Assembly (NCBI GenBank): GCA_051362555.1
Contig: CM120646.1
Location: 14,942,001 to 15,006,000 of the forward strand
Direction: 5' to 3'
Length of the DNA: 64,000 nucleotides
From: Lingula anatina
Taxonomy: Eukaryota > Animalia > Brachiopoda
Of this stretch, positions 1-64,000 are shown piece after piece. Positions within the stretch are counted from its first letter, which is position 1, and every line of letters begins with the position of its first letter. The notes beneath the pieces are model-generated. The model saw only the letters and a list, made by a program, of their open reading frames with translations, searched no databases and was not told the DNA's origin. The position numbers and the translations under genes were made by a program.

Positions 1-41
1 TCATATTAACTTGTGTAATGTATACATTATCTACGGATCAC

Positions 42-15074
<15,033 letters not shown>

Positions 15075-15650
15075 GTTAGACGCCTAGATCGGGCTTGGTT
15101 ACTAATTCGTGGAGGTAGAAATTATGGATTTGGTTTTACTCTCTCCTCTTCATGTATCAGTTTGTAGCCTACTGAGTTATATTTTATATATACACAGTGT
15201 ATGTACCGCAGATCGTAGATTAGAATGGGAGGTACACTTTATCGACACGGATGACCCCACTTGTCCTTATTTGCCACAACGCAAACACGCCTTAGCTGAA
15301 GTAGACGAACACAAGGTGGTGTTTGTTTCATATTTATCTTAAGGTTTAATGCGAGAGTTTCGCGTCAAATAAAATTTTCTTTAAAAAAACGAAAAGTATA
15401 ATTTCGTGCTCACCGTTCATTGCTCGGCTTCCCCCTGCACTTATATTCGATGGTTTGTACAATTCCTCTGATTAACCTACATGTAGTTCTTTACGAATAT
15501 GTTTCATATAGTATTCGTAATTTTAAAAAGGCATAATTATCATTATATTGCAACTGAAATAAGAAACTGCCTATTTCAGAAAAGCAAAATGTATAAATTC
15601 ATCAGTATACTTTACATTGAAAGCAAACAAGTGCACCTAATAGCATACTG

Positions 15651-15652
<2 letters not shown>

Positions 15653-15696
<44 letters not shown>
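15653..15696. repeat. (ATT)n microsatellite
   Basis: Direct reading. Confidence 0.9.
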
Positions 15697-15857
15697 CATC
15701 TCAGTTAAATTTTAAATTGTAAATCGACTGTTATGCTGTTATCGTGTCTGTTTTTTTAACGAAATGTGCGTGTATTAGTAATAATAATATCACTCTGTAC
15801 TACCAGTAATTGTCGCATATATTTACTGCAGAGAAGTTGGCATTTAACTCCACAGTT

Positions 15858-16062
15858 CAGGGGCGGATTTAGGCCTCCTTCTGGGTCTTCCGGAAGACGG
15901 TCAGATTTTTAAGTTTATATTGACGGGTATCTAATATTTTCTGTCGGAAGACGGTCAAAAATTGAAGACGAATTAAAACAAAGATAATTTTGAAGTTAAT
16001 TTGGAAATTAAAACAAAGATAATTTGGAAGACTGTCAGAAAATATCTCTGGATCCGCCCCTG
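15858..16062. mobile_element. Non-autonomous TIR DNA transposon (MITE) between copies A and B
   Basis: TIRs CAGGGGCGGAT / ATCCGCCCCTG, flanked by CAGTT on both sides (15853-15857, 16063-16067). Internal repeats are GGAAGACGGTCA x2-3 and AATTAAAACAAAGATAATTT x2. Confidence 0.75.
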
Positions 16063-16502
16063 CAGTTGGCCATAACACTCGTTAATCATAATCCAGTAAC
16101 CACTTTATCATTCCATTCGGTTATAAGTCTCTCAGTTGAATAAACAACTTTATCACTTTTATCCTTGTCTTTTCCTCCGGTCTCCTCAAACGTTAAGGTA
16201 CATGTAACCTTTTACTGAGAACAGCGCTCTTTTAATCTTGTGGCTGCTGTCCGCTTGACCTTAAACTGACATTGAAGTTATTAATACTTTACGACTTTAC
16301 GATGCTGATTCGGGTAACCACGATAAGTCTCCAAATCAGAAATGTAAACAAATGTCAAGTGCGCTGTTTAAAACTAAGTTGACAGATATATCACAAGGTC
16401 AGTCATTTTATTTGGAAGTCCGAAGCACGAAGGCAGCATCAGAGACACTGGCACTATAAGAATGGTACACCTATTACATGTACAAGTACACAAATGTCCG
16501 TT

Positions 16503-32957
<16,455 letters not shown>

Positions 32958-33037
32958 GTGAAAATGTCCAGTTATTTTTTCTAACGGATCTATCATACGG
33001 TCAGCACGTCTTCTCAGTAAAGTGATATGACCGGTGT

Positions 33038-33320
33038 CATGGTCTTGCTATCAGCACTTCTCATTTCACTTAAAGCTCACAGCTTTATCAATGAGCCTTA
33101 AGTACATGTAGGTCCCCATGCTGTCTTATCAGCCTGTAGAATGATTGGGTGAAGAAAGGGATATTTACGTTCATTGCTGAATAGCGACCTAGATTACACT
33201 ATGTTGTGCAACTGAGTAAACATAACACCGGAACTGATGCACTTTTTTTTCACTGCTGATACAGAACATGCATTTCACCTTCTTGTGCAATAAAGTCAAT
33301 ACAAAAAAAGATACTGATGC
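33038..33320 (-). promoter_or_regulatory. Putative proximal promoter/5' region of copy B, conserved with copy C
   Basis: Aligns with 49587-49862. Shared blocks are TGCTGTCTTATCA, TTGTGCAACTGAGTAAACA, GGAACTGA, TTCACTGCTGA and TCTTGTGCAATAA. Confidence 0.5.
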
Positions 33321-33440
33321 TGCACTGTAAGTTTATAAGACAGATTTTTTTCTCATGTTGGTTTATTTATCTTTTGCACTCAACTTAAATAATTCAGTTC
33401 ACGATTTGCTTTTTTATGCTGATATGTCAACACTCTTTCT

Positions 33441-33444
<4 letters not shown>

Positions 33445-33477
<33 letters not shown>
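33445..33477. repeat. (CT)n microsatellite
   Basis: Direct reading. Confidence 0.85.
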
Positions 33478-33480
<3 letters not shown>

Positions 33481-35506
33481 TTATTATACAGCACTTATAC
33501 CTTATCATAACAGATGAATGGTTAAAATCAAAAGTGGTCACACGGAAGAGTTGTGCAAAATCTTATTATATACATGTAGCTTCTTTCCTCCGGTAGCTAT
33601 GTGTTTCACGAGGTGAGTTGATAGATTAATAACACTCCAGAGCAAGGGCAGGTGCGTGTTGGTGCATTCATGCAAATTGCTCAAAGTCTAATATTGAATG
33701 GTTCTATTACCCTTCGAACATTGAGAGCAACATTCTCTTCTTTATTCTCTCGGACATTCGTGATCTCTGTGCTATGCTTACATTCACCTACAGTATGGAT
33801 CTAGGATGCTGCGAAGTGGGTGAAGGAAGGGAAATATACACAGGTATTTGTCCTGCTTAGCTCGATAGATATGAAATAGTACGCTGGGACATTTTCAGTG
33901 TAAGGATAACATGAAAAGGATGAAAAGCTATTTGATTTTTTTTAAAATTATTTTGTTTGTAAGCCTATGGGGAGGGGGGTGGGGAAGGGAGAGAATGTCA
34001 TTGAACACTGGGATGCTTTGGTTGAATTATCACTCTTAAGAAAACATCTATATCAGTTATGTCAATAAGTTTAAGTACATTAAAATGCACACAGCGGTCT
34101 TATCAGGTCAATTACCTAACACTAGATAGAAGGTTTCCACAAGAAGGGGTTCTACACGAAATCGATAGCAAACAAGATTTTTATTTTACTTCCGTAAACC
34201 ATACACCTATATTCTTTAGAAGAATGTTTAAATTCTACAAAACCTAATACTATGACAGCGGTACAATATAGTAACTACAAAGTATAAATAATTGAGTAAA
34301 CATGTGTCTATACATGCACCGAATTTCCCTTTCCTGAAGAAATGGACATTTTTCTGCTAAGAAAGATTCATTGGCCAATGCATTCGATGTTCAAATCATT
34401 TTCATGAAATTATTTAGTTCTAAATTTCTGTAAACATTTGTATCGCCATAGTCGGCCTTACATTCTAGAATGGGGATCGACATCAGGCCTTTTATGAGAG
34501 TGGCTTTACCACTGTGCTGGTTTTAATTGGGAAATATAAATAGATTTGCAGAATGTTTTAATATTCATAGATTCGGGTCATTTTCAAATACCTTCAATGT
34601 ATTTTACAAAATTGATCGTATACCTATCATTTCGTATTTATCATTTCAAACGATTGGTGTAATTTATACCTTGGTATTCATAACAAAAGAGATAATATTT
34701 CAGATACATTTTTTGCTTTATATCCAGCTAAATCCGTTAGACCCTCTTTAATCAATTAAAACTTGCTCTAAACCAAAGCTGGAACTTTTTTTATTTGCAG
34801 TTGTCCCATATTTGTCTTTACTGTTATCATAATGTAGTGCAAGCTAGGTTACATTTCTTTTTCATATTGAATATCAAAGGACAGTAGTTATCAAGAGATG
34901 ACGTACATAAATCATATTGCCAATCATTTGATTTTTCACCTAAATTAAAATTTCATTTTCGCAGGTCCGATGGAAATCCATGTGACATTGCAGTACTGCA
35001 TGCAATTGTGTTAGTTTCTGGTAAGGTTAAGATGTTTCTAATACTTACCTTTCACAGCAAAACTGTAACATCATTTTCTTATCCTTTTATTAACTCTATT
35101 CACAACCCGATCCTGGTTTAAGATAATATAACTTATTTTTCTCAGTGGAACATATAACATTAAGTTATTGGAGAATTCAAATGTCACATTATGCATGCTG
35201 TTTTCAAAAGTCATTACTAAAATGCAGAATATTATAATTTTAAACAATCAGAAACGGGATTAACAAAATTACATGGGACGCATTATTGAATAACCATTTG
35301 TCACTGGCATCTTTTGGAAAATATTACCCGTCTCTAAATGCACTACTGGTGTAAGATACACACTATTAGGTAAGACAAGTCATTTTTCCAAAGATACACC
35401 CTTTTCACTAATATTCGTTCACTTTATACACTTATATCTGCTAGGGAAAACAACTCAAGAATTCTTCAACTATGAGATGTACAGTATAAGTATATTAATG
35501 TCCGGG

Positions 35507-49513
<14,007 letters not shown>

Positions 49514-49586
49514 ATCAAAAAGTCTGGTTAATCTTTTCTTACAGATCTGTTTTATAGGCGGCAGGTCTATAGTGGCTGGAACGGTT

Positions 49587-49862
49587 TCATGTTCTTGCTA
49601 TCAGTACTAGATATATTAATTCAAGCCACTGCTATATGGAGCTGTCTTAAGGAGGACTCTTGCTGTCTTATCAACCTGTTTAATGATTAACCAAGGTAAG
49701 GGACCTCACTTACTGACAAGTGATATAGATTTCACTATCTTGTGCAACTGAGTAAACAAAATGACGGAACTGACGCTTTTTGTATTCACTGCTGACATAT
49801 TACCGGTACGCTGATTTCAGCATCTTGTGCAATAACGTAAGTATGATAAAGACACTAATGTT
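49587..49862 (-). promoter_or_regulatory. Putative proximal promoter/5' region of copy C, conserved with copy B
   Basis: Same conserved blocks, at a similar distance upstream of the ATG as in copy B. Confidence 0.5.
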
Positions 49863-49884
49863 GGAGAGCAAGTGCCTAAGGCAG

Positions 49885-49886
<2 letters not shown>

Positions 49887-49925
<39 letters not shown>

Positions 49926-49928
49926 TTT
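49887..49928. repeat. (TTTA)n microsatellite
   Basis: Direct reading. Confidence 0.85.
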
Positions 49929-50164
49929 TGTTGACTTATTAACCCTTTAAACACAACTGGAATAATCCAGTTCGTGGTTTGTGCATTATAAGTATGTATA
50001 ACCTGTATACAGTCAATGCTTGCTCCACCTTCCCCCTCTCTCTCCTTCGTTTACTGAGACATTAAACAGGGTTTGAAAACGACGCCTTGTCTGATAGCTG
50101 ACTGGAAGATTAAGCCTGAAATTGGACTTGAGGTATATATATAAATCTTTATTTTATCTAATCT

Positions 50165-50685
50165 AAAACAGAAGTTGCAGCATGCCTGAATGGGCATCAT
50201 TCCACTGTCAGCCGTCCGAGAACATGCTTCAGAGACACTGGTAGCACTAGGAACCACCCACATGCCTGCCAACCATGTGTTACCCCACCCGATATGTCGC
50301 CCATCAAACACCTGTGGGATGTTCTGGATCAGCGTTTTTCGCCATCATGTTCCAGCTCTCGAGAATGCTCGCCAACTGTGAGTAGCACTCCAGGAGGAAT
50401 GGGATAATATCCCTCAGACCACTATTGACAATTTAGTGATGTCCATGCGCCGCTAGTGTACTGCTCTGCGCAAAGCTTATGGTGTCTGTGAACTAAGGAT
50501 GTTGACCCCCATGGTGTAGTTGATGCCCCAACTCTTGGACTATGCATTTAAACTTCTTGTAATGCTCTCAAAGTGATGTCTATTTGTTGAGGAAAATGAA
50601 GCTGTTATTGTTGGCTATATACTTTAGTTCCATACATGAAAATAAATCGACATATTCTTTCATGCGTTTATATTTTTGTTCAGTG
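50165..50685 (+). mobile_element. Internally deleted, decayed Tc1-family transposon remnant
   Basis: An N-terminal HTH-like segment KTEVAACLNGHHSTVSR..FRDTGSTRNHPHACQPCVT is joined directly to the C-terminal PDMSPIKHLWDVL. A frameshift follows, then L*VALQEEWDNIPQTTIDNLVMSMRR*CTALRKAYG. A Tc1-like 3' TIR GCGTTTATATTTTTGTTCAGTG ends at 50685. Confidence 0.85.
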
Positions 50686-51275
50686 CACTATATGTTTGCA
50701 GATGAGGTGGAAAAGTAATTCTGGTTGCTTTGATAAATGATGAAAATCTAGAGCATGTTTGAGAATGCAACAACACGTGAGTGTTGGTGCAAAATTTGCG
50801 CATGCTCCAATATCGCATTAAATTATTCTTCGATGAGCCACGAGACACATGAATGTCACACTAACATTTAATGGCAGATCCAGGGTGCTGCTAAAGGGGG
50901 GGGGGAGGGGAGGAGGGGGGTCAGGATGAATTATTCTTGTATTTATTTTCTCGACAGATATAAAATAACTACTTGGAGACTTGATAACCATCTATGCACC
51001 TTGGTCACGTAAATTATGATTTTACCCCTAAATGCAACAACTGAGGAACAGATTGCTATAGTAAACCAGTGTTTTACTTTATCAATTAGTTTTTGGTGAA
51101 GAATACCTCAGTTTTACCAACCCATAAAGAGACCATCAAAAAGTTTTTTCGTGGTCTCTAGATAAGTTGATAGAATATAAAATTGTACTTAAACAAAAGG
51201 CCAACGTTCCTGTGGTATGTATGGGAACCCGGGTCGAAAGTTTTATGAATTTAACCATTTCCTTGTTAAGTACTT

Positions 51276-51306
<31 letters not shown>

Positions 51307-52021
51307 TTATTATTATTTTTGAGGGGGGATTGTACATCTCTGTTTAAAGCTAAAAAGCTTCACCCCAAATCCCCTTCTTAAACGCGTATAGAGTAATTAT
51401 AACAAATAAAACATATTCTACAACAATGATTAGCACGTAAACATTTTACTTGCAGTAGTCATGTAATGTGTTCATTAATTCTTATTATTGCACAGTGCAT
51501 AGTAACATTTTTCATACTGGAAGATAAGCTTAGTCATGAAAAGCAAAGGTTTACTGTTTTCAAGCGATAAAGTATATAAAGCATATCGTTCAATTTTTGC
51601 CAAGATTAAAGCATCATGTTTGCAGAACCGAACCATGTGGTATTGCATAAACGCATGCAATTGTGCTAGTATCTAGTTATAAGAATTAGAATTTTAAAAT
51701 ACATATCTTTCAAAGCAAAACTTGTACAGCATTTTGTTTTTCTATTTATTAGACTAAACATGGCTTCTCATTTGTGTAACATATGGCATTCTGTTATTTA
51801 CTGGACAAATGACTTGCCACATATTTTTACTGCATTTGCACCACTCCAAAGACCCCTTTTTCAGTGGAAAATCAAAACAATTAAACATACATACATTTAT
51901 CTCCAAATTTACTACTGGTACAAAGCAATACACTACATGTATCCTAAGTAATCTAAGTCCTTTTGCACATTGTCATGACGTTTAACACAAATCTTATTTC
52001 AGCTCCTATACAATATCCGAT

Positions 52022-63951
<11,930 letters not shown>

Positions 63952-64000
63952 CTGAAATGAAAATATAATCTCAATCTTAAAAACGAATTCAGTTTTCTCC

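Overview
AT-rich, intron-rich animal genomic DNA. It is probably from a marine invertebrate, inferred from the repeat families and TACATGTA enrichment. The window holds a head-to-tail tandem array of four long-type ABCC/MRP1-like ABC transporter genes, all on the minus strand. Copy A (42-15074) runs off the left edge at its 3' end. Copies B (16503-32957) and C (35507-49513) are complete, with about 32 coding exons each. Copy D (52022-63951) lacks its first five exons beyond the right edge. No frame disruption was found in the exons checked by hand. The NBD, TMD0 and several other exons are near-identical between copies in a mosaic, gene-conversion-like pattern, while residues lining the MRP1 substrate pocket are heavily and copy-specifically changed. 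The introns and spacers carry several mobile elements. The most notable is a 5'-truncated Penelope-like retroelement with a GIY-YIG endonuclease, inverted pseudo-LTRs, a 35-bp tail and a 13-bp TSD; each pseudo-LTR carries a minimal hammerhead ribozyme, one of them sense to the host pre-mRNA. Others are a ~2.1-kb Helentron/HINE-like element with internal satellite repeats, an internally deleted Tc1 remnant and several MITEs.
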